Source: Clostridiales bacterium (lineage in GTDB: Bacteria; Bacillota; Clostridia; DUPQ01). From it: a DNA stretch of 64,000 bases. Position 1 is the stretch's first letter. Each line of letters starts with the position of its first letter. Shown piece by piece: positions 48,700-58,229 of this stretch. The stretch spans positions 19,355 through 83,354 of the forward strand of contig JAGLDS010000006.1 of assembly GCA_023145435.1 (NCBI GenBank), given 5' to 3'. The notes under the pieces are model-generated. The model did not search any database. It had not been told where the DNA came from and was given only the letters and a program-made list of their open reading frames with translations. Both the position numbers and the translations under genes were made by a program.

Positions 48700-51600
48700 A
48701 TGAGTAAGGTTATGAAAACCATGGATGGCAATACCGCCGCCGCACATGTTGCTTATGCATTTACAGATGTGGCAGCAATCTATCCAATCACACCTTCATC
48801 ACCAATGGCTGAATATGTTGACGAATGGGCTGCATATGGTCAGAAAAACATTTTCGGTCAAGAAGTCAAAGTTGTTGAAATGCAATCAGAAGCAGGAGCA
48901 GCTGGAACCGTTCACGGTTCATTACAAGCAGGCGCCCTAACCACTACGTTTACAGCTTCACAGGGATTATTATTAATGATTCCAAACATGTATAAAATTT
49001 CAGGAGAATTATTACCAGGTGTATTCCATGTTAGTGCTCGTGCAGTAGCAGGACATGCATTATCAATTTTTGGTGATCATTCTGATGTAATGGCAACTAG
49101 ACAAACAGGATTTGCCATGATAGCTTCTGGTAGTGTACAAGAAGCAATGGATTTAGCTGGTGTAGCTCACTTAAGTGCTATTAAAGGTCGTATACCTTTT
49201 GTTCACTTCTTTGATGGATTCAGAACATCTCATGAAATTCAAAAAATTGAAGTAATGGATTATGAAGATTTAAAAGGATTAGTTGATTTTGATGCAATTA
49301 AGGCTTTTAGAAAAAACGCATTAAATCCTGAACATCCAGTTTTAAGAGGAACAGCACAAAATCCAGATATTTTCTTCCAAGCAAAAGAAGTTTCTAATAA
49401 ATTCTATCAAGTAATACCTGCTATCGTAGAAGATTACATGAAAGAAATTTCAAAAATCACAGGTAGAACATATAATTTATTTGATTATCATGGAGCACCT
49501 GATGCTACAAAAGTTATTATCGCAATGGGTTCTGCTACAGATACAATGGAAGAAACTGTTGATTACTTAGTATCTAAAGGTGAAAAAGTTGGACTATTAA
49601 AAGTTAGACTATACAGACCTTTCTCAATTGAACATTTTATAAAAGCATTACCAAACACTGTTGAAAAAATTGCAGTTATGGATAGAACTAAAGAACCTGG
49701 TTCAATTGGCGAACCATTATATGTAGACGTTTGTGCAGCTTATTCAGGCGACAAAGATGCTCCTATAATTGTTGGTGGTAGATATGGACTTGGTTCAAAA
49801 GATACTACACCTGATCAAATTATTGCAGTATTTAATAATTTAAAAGCTGATGTACCTAAAAATGGATTCACAATTGGAATTAATGATGATGTAACTTATT
49901 TATCATTACCATTAGGTGAAGCATTAGATACTACACCTAAGGGAACAGTTAATTGTAAATTCTGGGGATTAGGTGGAGACGGTACTGTTGGTGCTAATAA
50001 AAACTCAATTAAAATTATTGGTGACCATACTGATAAATATGCACAAGCATACTTCTCATATGATTCAAAAAAATCTGGTGGGATTACAGTATCTCATTTG
50101 CGTTTTGGAGATAAACCAATTAAATCTACTTACTTAATTTCAAAAGCAGATTTTGTTGCCTGTCATCAACAATCATATTTAGGAAAATATGATATGGTTT
50201 CTGACATTAAAAAAGGTGGAGCTTTTCTTTTAAACACAACATGGACTAAAGATGAATTAGAAATGTATATTCCAAATGATGTGAAAGCATACATTGCTAA
50301 TAACGATATAGAGTTTTACACAATTAACGGTATTGCAATTGGTGAAGAAATTGGTTTAGGCCAACGAATTAACATGGTGTTAATGAGTGCTTTCTTTAAA
50401 CTAGCAAAAATTATTCCAATGGATGAAGCTGTTGATTACATGAAACTAGCAATCAAAAAATCATATGGTAAAAAAGGTGACAAGATTGTTAACATGAATA
50501 ATGAAGCGGTTGAACAAGGAATCAATGCTTTACATAAAGTGGAAGTTCCTAAAGAATGGAAAACATTAACAATGCCAGAAGCAAAAGAAGGCGTTGGAAC
50601 AGATTTCTATAAAAATGTTGCAAATGTAATGAATATGCAAAAAGGTGATACTTTACCTGTAAGTGCATTTGTAGGAATAGAAGATGGAACATTCCCACAA
50701 GCTTTAACACAATATGAAAAACGTGGGGTTGCTGTTACAGTACCTGAATGGAACATGGATACTTGTATTCAGTGTAATCAGTGTGCATATGTTTGTCCTC
50801 ATGCAGTTATAAGACCTTTCTTATTAGATGAAAGCGAAAGAGCAAATGCTCCTAAAGATTTTGAAAGTAAAAAAGCTTTAGGAAAAGGAATGGATGATTT
50901 AACCTTTAGAATACAAGTATCAACCTTAGATTGTATGGGTTGTGGTAGTTGTGTGGATGTTTGTCCTTCAAAAGTTAAATCACTTGTAATGAAACCAATT
51001 GAAACACAAACTAATCAGATTCCACTATGGGAATTTGCTGAAACAGTTACTCAAAAAGATACTACTTTAAATAAATTCTCTGTTAAAGGTAGCCAATTTA
51101 AAACACCATATATTGAATTTACAGGTGCTTGTGCAGGTTGTGGTGAAACACCTTACATGAAACTTGTAACACAGTTATATGGAGATAGAATGATGATTGC
51201 TAATGCAACTGGTTGTTCTTCAATCTGGGGTGGATCTGCACCATCAACACCATTTGCTATTGATGAAAATGGTAATGGACCAGCTTGGGCTAACTCACTA
51301 TTTGAAGATAATGCTGAGTATGGTCTTGGTATGTTTATAGGAGTTGAACAAGTTAGAGGTAAAGTACAAGACTTATGCCAAACATTAGTTGATAGTGATG
51401 ATGTATGTGATGATGTAACATTAGCTGCAAAAGATTGGATTGATCATCGTTACATTGGTGAAGGAACTAGAAAAGTAAAAGAGACTTTAGTAGAAACACT
51501 AAAAAACTGTAATAACGACTGTTGTAATACTGATGCTACTTTAGAAGTTGTTGAAGAATTACTTGAAAAACAAGACTTCATGATTAAGCGTTCACAATGG

Positions 51601-52224
51601 ATTGTTGGTGGAGACGGTTGGGCTTATGATATAGGTTACGGTGGATTAGACCATGTACTAGCTTCTGGTGAAGATGTAAATGTATTAGTATTTGATACTG
51701 AAGTTTATTCAAACACTGGTGGTCAGGCTTCAAAAGCTACACCATCTGGATCTGTTGCAAAATTTGCAGCTGCTGGTAAACCAATTAAGAAAAAAGATTT
51801 AGGGTTAATGGCTATGTCTTATGGTTATGTATACGTAGCACAATGTGCAATGGGTGCTAATCAAGCACAGTTTATAAAAGCAGTTAAAGAAGCTGAAAGT
51901 TATCGAGGACCATCACTTATTATCTGTTATGCTCCATGTATTAACCATGGAATCAGAAAAGGAATGGCTCAAGTTCAATTAGAAGAAAAATTAGCTGTAA
52001 AAACAGGTTATTGGAATAACTATCGTTACAATCCAGATGCAGAAGGTAACAAATTCATCTTAGACCAAAAAGCACCAGATGGAGATTACCAAGAATTCTT
52101 AATGGGTGAAAACAGATATGCTTCATTAACAAGAACATTCCCAGAAAGAGCTAAAGAGTTATTTAAGCAATCAGAAGAAGATGCAAAAGGAAGATATGAA
52201 ACTTATAAAAAATTAGCAGAATAA
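48700..52224 (+). CDS. nifJ: Pyruvate:ferredoxin (flavodoxin) oxidoreductase
   Basis: YPITPSS, MQSEAGAAG, two CxxCxxCxxxCP clusters, GGDGWAYDIG TPP motif. Confidence 0.97.
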   Translation: MSKVMKTMDGNTAAAHVAYAFTDVAAIYPITPSSPMAEYVDEWAAYGQKNIFGQEVKVVEMQSEAGAAGTVHGSLQAGALTTTFTASQGLLLMIPNMYKISGELLPGVFHVSARAVAGHALSIFGDHSDVMATRQTGFAMIASGSVQEAMDLAGVAHLSAIKGRIPFVHFFDGFRTSHEIQKIEVMDYEDLKGLVDFDAIKAFRKNALNPEHPVLRGTAQNPDIFFQAKEVSNKFYQVIPAIVEDYMKEISKITGRTYNLFDYHGAPDATKVIIAMGSATDTMEETVDYLVSKGEKVGLLKVRLYRPFSIEHFIKALPNTVEKIAVMDRTKEPGSIGEPLYVDVCAAYSGDKDAPIIVGGRYGLGSKDTTPDQIIAVFNNLKADVPKNGFTIGINDDVTYLSLPLGEALDTTPKGTVNCKFWGLGGDGTVGANKNSIKIIGDHTDKYAQAYFSYDSKKSGGITVSHLRFGDKPIKSTYLISKADFVACHQQSYLGKYDMVSDIKKGGAFLLNTTWTKDELEMYIPNDVKAYIANNDIEFYTINGIAIGEEIGLGQRINMVLMSAFFKLAKIIPMDEAVDYMKLAIKKSYGKKGDKIVNMNNEAVEQGINALHKVEVPKEWKTLTMPEAKEGVGTDFYKNVANVMNMQKGDTLPVSAFVGIEDGTFPQALTQYEKRGVAVTVPEWNMDTCIQCNQCAYVCPHAVIRPFLLDESERANAPKDFESKKALGKGMDDLTFRIQVSTLDCMGCGSCVDVCPSKVKSLVMKPIETQTNQIPLWEFAETVTQKDTTLNKFSVKGSQFKTPYIEFTGACAGCGETPYMKLVTQLYGDRMMIANATGCSSIWGGSAPSTPFAIDENGNGPAWANSLFEDNAEYGLGMFIGVEQVRGKVQDLCQTLVDSDDVCDDVTLAAKDWIDHRYIGEGTRKVKETLVETLKNCNNDCCNTDATLEVVEELLEKQDFMIKRSQWIVGGDGWAYDIGYGGLDHVLASGEDVNVLVFDTEVYSNTGGQASKATPSGSVAKFAAAGKPIKKKDLGLMAMSYGYVYVAQCAMGANQAQFIKAVKEAESYRGPSLIICYAPCINHGIRKGMAQVQLEEKLAVKTGYWNNYRYNPDAEGNKFILDQKAPDGDYQEFLMGENRYASLTRTFPERAKELFKQSEEDAKGRYETYKKLAE

Positions 52225-52241
52225 TTGCATTAATTAACAAT

Positions 52242-52280
52242 AAAAAAAAGAGTCGTAAAATATTACGGCTCTTTTTTATT
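52242..52280. terminator. Bidirectional intrinsic terminator
   Basis: AAAAAAGAGTCGTAA..TTACGGCTCTTTTTT between convergent genes. Confidence 0.85.
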
Positions 52281-52314
52281 TAAGTATTTCTAACGGATAT
52301 AATAAGAAAGAAAA

Positions 52315-53865
52315 TTATCCTAATTCAATATACTTAAAGATTGTACTAGATATTAATAATAGAATAGTTGTCATAAATATGTTGTATGATAGTAATATTA
52401 ATACAGTATTAATAAATGATTGGCTATTAATCAAAACAATAACTGCCAAGATAATACCAGGAGTTAAAATAAGTAATGTGAGTAATATTTTAAAGAAAAT
52501 CTTTAAAGCGTTTGCATGAAAAGAACCAAAAAGTTTACGAGCTAATAAATCCCCATATAAATATATAGAACCAAAGGAGGCATAAGTAAAACCACAAAGA
52601 ATAACAAGTGGAATTGATTGCTTATAAAGAAATCCTGCAATTATGAATAAAATAAAACCATCTAATAAATTTTTTAAATTAGCCATGGCAGTAACTGCTA
52701 AAAGTTTAGTTGTATTATGGACTGGAATCAAATAAATATAATGTTTTGATAGCTCTTGTGTAAATCGACCATTAACATTGCTTAAAAAAAGAATATATAC
52801 TGAAATCAATAAAACAAATAATATGGATCCCTCATAAAAAACAACTCTCATAATAATTACAAAAACAAGAATCATTATAGTTACTTTATCAAATAATAAC
52901 ATACCTGTTTTTCTTAACTCAAGATAGGAACGTTGGAAAATGGTCATTGCACCTGATTTAGTAAAAGTAAATGAAACAGATTTTATTTTTGTTAAAGAAC
53001 CAATACCAAAGAAGCCATTTTTAGCCTTTGTAGATATAACACTTTCTTTAAACTCTGTAGAAACTAGAGCATCTTCATAATAATCTTTTTCAATACTGTA
53101 TAACCATAAAATCAATAGAAATATGGAGCTAATTGATAATCCTAAAAAAACATAAAAAGAAGGTGTAATACCACTAATAGCATAAGCAATAATTTGACCA
53201 TTCCATCCAATGACAGGTAAATATGATATAAACTTAGTTGACATGGCCATGGTAAATCCTTCTAAAAGAGTTTGCTCTTTAATAATTTGAAATACTATAT
53301 TAAAAAGAACAGCTAGAAAAAGTAAATTTAATATAATTTTTGCTATTTTACGACGTTTAATATTTTTTGATGTATAACTATATATAATCATAGAAATGAT
53401 TGGCAAAGTAAGCATATATAGAATAAATCCAATTAAAATTATTAAAACACCAAATTGGGATATACTAAAAAAACGACGTAAGTTTGGAACTTGCATTAAT
53501 GCAAGAAGCGAAAATGAAAAGATTTGTGTTAACTGTTTTAAAAAGCCGTAAAATAAAATATTATTTGATTTGATTGGACTTGTAAATACCATATTAACAT
53601 CTGCTAATCTAAAAAAGCTACTTCCGTTATCAATACCTTTTTTTAAAGTAAAATAAGCATATATAAAAAGGGCTGTAACAGCTAAGGAAAAAAACAAATC
53701 ATAACTTCCATAACTATTAAAAGAAGAATCTAAAAAAGATAGAATAAGAATAAATACAACAAATAATATTCCAAGAGTGTAACCAATAAGAAGTAAAGGC
53801 CTTTTTATAATTTTTTTTATAGTATTAACTAAAGTTCGTTTGATGATATAAAGTAATGGTTGCAT
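52315..53865 (-). CDS. Putative ABC exporter permease
   Basis: About 12 TM segments; FRLADVNMVFTSP, DYYEDAL, HYIYLIP; follows an ABC ATPase. Confidence 0.8.
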   Translation of the reverse strand: MQPLLYIIKRTLVNTIKKIIKRPLLLIGYTLGILFVVFILILSFLDSSFNSYGSYDLFFSLAVTALFIYAYFTLKKGIDNGSSFFRLADVNMVFTSPIKSNNILFYGFLKQLTQIFSFSLLALMQVPNLRRFFSISQFGVLIILIGFILYMLTLPIISMIIYSYTSKNIKRRKIAKIILNLLFLAVLFNIVFQIIKEQTLLEGFTMAMSTKFISYLPVIGWNGQIIAYAISGITPSFYVFLGLSISSIFLLILWLYSIEKDYYEDALVSTEFKESVISTKAKNGFFGIGSLTKIKSVSFTFTKSGAMTIFQRSYLELRKTGMLLFDKVTIMILVFVIIMRVVFYEGSILFVLLISVYILFLSNVNGRFTQELSKHYIYLIPVHNTTKLLAVTAMANLKNLLDGFILFIIAGFLYKQSIPLVILCGFTYASFGSIYLYGDLLARKLFGSFHANALKIFFKILLTLLILTPGIILAVIVLINSQSFINTVLILLSYNIFMTTILLLISSTIFKYIELG

Positions 53866-53868
53866 TAA

Positions 53869-54573
53869 TTATTCACCTTCTTCTGTTACCTTAAAGAAAA
53901 GCTGTTCAATTGATTCTTGACTTTTGTCTACTTCACTACGTGTTCTTATTGCTGCAAATTTTCCTTTGTGTAAAATAAGAACCTTATCCCATAATTCTTC
54001 AATACTATCAATTATATGGGTGCTTATAAGGACAGAGCACCTTTGTTCTTTTAATTGAATTAAAACTTTTTTTAACTCCTTAATAGCTTTTGGATCAAGT
54101 CCAATCATTGGTTCATCTAACATAATAACTTTTGGATTAATTAATAATGCACAGCATAGACTAACCTTTTGACACATTCCTTTTGATAAATCTTTTCCAA
54201 CTTTATCTTGCTTATCAGTTAAATCAAAGATAGACAATAATCTATCTGCCTCAGCTTGCCACCCTTCGTCTAAATTATATGCTTTAGCAATAAAAGCTAA
54301 ATGCTCATATACAGTAAGGGCATCATAAAGTGCTGGGGTTTCTGGTACATACCCAAATACTTTTTTAGCGTCAATTGATTTGTTATCTAGTTTACAAATT
54401 GAAATAGTTCCTTTGAAACGAAGTAATCCAGCTATAGATTTAATAGTAGTGCTTTTACCAGCACCATTAGGCCCAAGAAGAACACCGATTTCTCCTGGAT
54501 TAACAGTGAAACTTATGGAATCAACAGCTAAAACATTACCATACTTCTTTGTTAAAGTAGTTACTTCTAGCAT
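53869..54573 (-). CDS. ABC transporter ATP-binding protein
   Basis: GPNGAGKST, LSKGM, LDEP, STH. Confidence 0.93.
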   Translation of the reverse strand: MLEVTTLTKKYGNVLAVDSISFTVNPGEIGVLLGPNGAGKSTTIKSIAGLLRFKGTISICKLDNKSIDAKKVFGYVPETPALYDALTVYEHLAFIAKAYNLDEGWQAEADRLLSIFDLTDKQDKVGKDLSKGMCQKVSLCCALLINPKVIMLDEPMIGLDPKAIKELKKVLIQLKEQRCSVLISTHIIDSIEELWDKVLILHKGKFAAIRTRSEVDKSQESIEQLFFKVTEEGE

Positions 54574-54716
54574 AATTTAGTACTCCTTATTAAGCGATAA
54601 TTATATCACTGATAATTTTAAAATCCAAACTTGAATTAGAGTTATCGATGAAGTATACTTTAAAAAAGACAAAAAGCCACTCGCATATATACATTAAAGA
54701 TGAGAAAGGAAGAAAT

Positions 54717-55517
54717 ATGAATATTCTCATATGGACAGACTTAGAAGGTGTTAGTGGGATAGTAGATTTTGACAAACATGAAGAGCTGAGTGAAAAAGAC
54801 AAATATCAAAGGAAATTAATGACAGGTGAAGTAAATGCTGCAATTAAAGCGTGTTTTGATAGTGGTGCAGATAAAGTTAAAGTTATTGAAGGCCATGATT
54901 CTATTGATTTTTTAGCTTTAGATGAAAGAGCACTATATGTTCCTGCTAGATATCCCGCTGTTTCTAAATTACAAGGTTGGGATGGTTATGACTATATATT
55001 GTTTATAGGGTGTCATGCCATGGAAGGTACAAAAAATGGTGTCCTTAATCATACAGGAAGCCATAAAGCAATTGCTCATCGTAAAATAAATGGAAAATTT
55101 ATTGGAGAAGTAGGTACAGCCATTTATGAAGCGGGTGAATATGGGATTACAGCCTTATTAGTTAGTGGAGATGAAGCGGTGTGTAATGAGGTAAAAGCAT
55201 TTAGCCCAGGTATTTTTACTGCAGAAGTTAAAAAAGGATACGATCAATTCCATGCTGAATGTATTCACCCAATAAAAGCTAGACAGTTAATTTATAAAAA
55301 GACTTGTATGGCAATTAAGCAAAAGTATTTATTACAACCTATTATTATTAAAGGGGATGTAATTTACGAAGAAAAATACAATGATAAAAAATCAATTGAT
55401 AGTAGACGTAATCATTTATTTACAAAAGTAATAGATGAAAAAACTATTGAATACCAAGGAAGTACTGTTATAAATACCCATGGTAGACGATGTGGATTAA
55501 AAATAAAGGAGTATTAA
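54717..55517 (+). CDS. M55-family metallopeptidase (DppA-like D-aminopeptidase)
   Basis: TDLEGVSG, MTGEVNAA, IGCHAM, LNHT, VSGDEA; ATG 54717 after AAGGA. Confidence 0.82.
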   Translation: MNILIWTDLEGVSGIVDFDKHEELSEKDKYQRKLMTGEVNAAIKACFDSGADKVKVIEGHDSIDFLALDERALYVPARYPAVSKLQGWDGYDYILFIGCHAMEGTKNGVLNHTGSHKAIAHRKINGKFIGEVGTAIYEAGEYGITALLVSGDEAVCNEVKAFSPGIFTAEVKKGYDQFHAECIHPIKARQLIYKKTCMAIKQKYLLQPIIIKGDVIYEEKYNDKKSIDSRRNHLFTKVIDEKTIEYQGSTVINTHGRRCGLKIKEY

Positions 55518-55520
55518 CAA

Positions 55521-56321
55521 ATGAAAATTGATCACGATGGACACATGCACACATACTTATCGTTTTGTTGTCACGATGAAAAATGTATCCCTACGAATAT
55601 TTTAAAAAAGGCTAGCCAAACAGGAATTAAAATTGTGAATTTTACTGACCATTTATGGGAACGGGGAATGCCAGGGACTACAGAACCATATAAGACAGAT
55701 CAAGATATTGATCATATTATGCAAATTAAAAAAATGATGCCAAAAGATACCTTTGGCGTAAAAGCATTAATAAGCTGTGAAACAGATTATCTAGGAGATG
55801 GACATATTGGATTAAGTAAAGAAAGTGCTTCTATGTTTGATTTTGTTCTAGCACCTACTAATCATTCACTTACAGATTATTATAAGGATAAAGGAATTAC
55901 TCAAACAAAAGATATTTCAAAAAATCTATTACAACGTTTTAGAGAAGTACTTACTTTTGATGTGGCAAATGGAATTGCTCATCCTTTTTTACCTCTTGGT
56001 TATTTTGACAGAGGAGATGAAATCCTAAATTCAATGGAAGCAAGTGAATTACGCGAATGTTTTCATATGGCTAGAGAAAAAGGTGTAAGTATTGAATTAA
56101 ATACAGATACTTTTGCTACTAATTGGAATAGAAATACAGATGCTTTTACTAACTCATCATATATGCGTATTTACCATATAGCTAAAGAAGCAAATAGTTT
56201 GTTTCATTTTGCATCTGATGCCCATAGTATAGAAGATATGGATTTATTAGGAAAAATGCAACCATTTGTAGATGAATTAGGTATTGAAAAAAGCGACATA
56301 CATCCTACATTTAGAACTTAA
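55521..56321 (+). CDS. PHP-domain phosphoesterase
   Basis: DGHMHT, FTDH, AHP, ELN, ASDAH. Confidence 0.82.
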   Translation: MKIDHDGHMHTYLSFCCHDEKCIPTNILKKASQTGIKIVNFTDHLWERGMPGTTEPYKTDQDIDHIMQIKKMMPKDTFGVKALISCETDYLGDGHIGLSKESASMFDFVLAPTNHSLTDYYKDKGITQTKDISKNLLQRFREVLTFDVANGIAHPFLPLGYFDRGDEILNSMEASELRECFHMAREKGVSIELNTDTFATNWNRNTDAFTNSSYMRIYHIAKEANSLFHFASDAHSIEDMDLLGKMQPFVDELGIEKSDIHPTFRT

Positions 56322-56329
56322 AAATATTG

Positions 56330-56866
56330 TTAACCTAATAATTCATTAACATATAAAATACCAACAACAGCAATTGAATTTTCAATGGTTCCATTAAGAA
56401 CCATTTCTTTTGCTTTTTTTAAAGGAACTTTTTCAACCAATAAAAACTCATCTTCATCAAGATTTTGTTTTTTTAAAGTAATATTTTTAGCTAAATACAA
56501 ATGAATTACTTCATCTGAATATCCAGGAGCTAAAGCAAGTTTAGTAAGAAAAGTAAAATCATTTGACACATATCCCGTTTCTTCTAATAATTCTCGTTTA
56601 GCACAGGTTAGAGGTTCTTCGTCACAATCAATTTTACCTGCAGGAATCTCAATTAATATTTTATCAAATGGGGCTCTATATTGATGCTCTAAAATAATAT
56701 GATTATCATCAGTTAACGCAACAATTGCACAAGCACCACGGTGTCTAATTACTTCGCGACTAGCTTTATTACCGTTTGGTAAAGTAACTGTCAATTTTTC
56801 TAAATCAATGATTTTTCCCTTATAAATACTTTCGCGATTTATAATTTTTTCTACTAAATTTTTCAT
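56330..56866 (-). CDS. nudF: NUDIX hydrolase, ADP-ribose pyrophosphatase-like
   Basis: EIPAGKID..AKRELLEETG, LDEDEF; probable start ATG 56866. Confidence 0.8.
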   Translation of the reverse strand: MKNLVEKIINRESIYKGKIIDLEKLTVTLPNGNKASREVIRHRGACAIVALTDDNHIILEHQYRAPFDKILIEIPAGKIDCDEEPLTCAKRELLEETGYVSNDFTFLTKLALAPGYSDEVIHLYLAKNITLKKQNLDEDEFLLVEKVPLKKAKEMVLNGTIENSIAVVGILYVNELLG

Positions 56867-56937
56867 ATTTCTATTATATGAAATGCTTTTCCCAATAGCA
56901 AACAAAAACTGTTATACTATTAAGATAAAGGAACATT

Positions 56938-57729
56938 ATGATTGAATTTGCTAGTTTATTTAGTGGTAGTAGTGGAAATGCCTTATATATTGAATATAAA
57001 GACACAAGATTATTAATTGATGCAGGAGTTAGTGGTATTCGCATTGAAAAAGCAATGGCTTCTATTAACAAGGATCCTTCATTACTTGATGGTATCTTAG
57101 TAACCCATGAACATAGTGATCATTGCCAATCCATTGGTATTTTAAATCGCAGATTTAATATTCCCATTTATATTAATAAAGGTACATGGAAAAATGTAGA
57201 ACATTGTGTGGGAAGGGTTAACGAAGCTTATATGAACTTTTTTCACAGTAATGAAGAATTTACTGTTAAAGATTTTATAGTTCATCCTTTTTCCATTCCC
57301 CACGACGCAAGTGACCCTGTTGGGTTTAGTTTTTTTGCTGATAATAAAAAAATTACTACAGCCACAGACATTGGTCATATGAATAAAAATTTATTAAAAA
57401 ATCTAGAAAAATCAGATTTATTATTATTAGAGTGTAATCATGATTTGACTATGCTTGAAAATGGATCATACCCTTATCCGTTAAAAAAACGAATCAAAAG
57501 TGATTATGGTCATTTATGCAATAATCATACTGGTGATACAATATTAAAACTAGTACAAAATGGTCAAAGAAGATTTTTATTAGGCCATTTAAGTCGTGAA
57601 AACAATTATCCAGAATTAGCATTTAAAACTGTATCTAACTATTTAACAGATAATGGATATAGTGTTGGAAAGGATATTGAATTGGATGTGGTACTACGTG
57701 ATGTAACTAGCCAAATATATTATATATAA
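56938..57729 (+). CDS. walJ: WalJ/YycJ-like MBL-fold hydrolase
   Basis: SGSSGNA, THEHSDH, HDASDPVG, ECNHD, GHLSRENN; adjacent to rlmH. Confidence 0.8.
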   Translation: MIEFASLFSGSSGNALYIEYKDTRLLIDAGVSGIRIEKAMASINKDPSLLDGILVTHEHSDHCQSIGILNRRFNIPIYINKGTWKNVEHCVGRVNEAYMNFFHSNEEFTVKDFIVHPFSIPHDASDPVGFSFFADNKKITTATDIGHMNKNLLKNLEKSDLLLLECNHDLTMLENGSYPYPLKKRIKSDYGHLCNNHTGDTILKLVQNGQRRFLLGHLSRENNYPELAFKTVSNYLTDNGYSVGKDIELDVVLRDVTSQIYYI

Positions 57730-57731
57730 TT

Positions 57732-58211
57732 ATGAAAATTACGATAATAACTGTTGGGAAACTAAAAGAAGAATATTATAAAAAAGCTTGTCAAGAATAC
57801 CAAAAAAGATTAACAAGTTATCATCAATTAACATTGATTGAAGTACCAGATGAAAAAGCTCCTGAAAAACTATCTAATAAACAAACCTATCAAGTCATGG
57901 AAAGAGAAGGGAAAAAAATTATTGATAAGCTTAAAGAACGACAATACATTATTGCTTTAGAGAGATTAGGAAAACAATTATCTTCTGTTCAATTATCAAA
58001 GAAAATTGAACAAATCGGTTTATCTGGAAAATCAGATATTGTTTTTATTATTGGAGGAAGTTTGGGATTATCAGATGAAGTAATAAATAGAGCTGATTTG
58101 TTATTGTCTTTTTCGTTAATGACCTTTCCTCATCAATTAATGAAAGTAATATTATTAGAACAATTATATAGAGCAACAAAAATTTCTAAAAACGAACCAT
58201 ATCATAAATAG
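57732..58211 (+). CDS. rlmH: 23S rRNA (pseudouridine-1915-N3)-methyltransferase
   Basis: VGKLKE, FIIGGSLG, TFPHQL..LLEQLYRA, EPYHK. Confidence 0.96.
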   Translation: MKITIITVGKLKEEYYKKACQEYQKRLTSYHQLTLIEVPDEKAPEKLSNKQTYQVMEREGKKIIDKLKERQYIIALERLGKQLSSVQLSKKIEQIGLSGKSDIVFIIGGSLGLSDEVINRADLLLSFSLMTFPHQLMKVILLEQLYRATKISKNEPYHK

Positions 58212-58229
58212 CGAAAGGAAATAGAGCAT

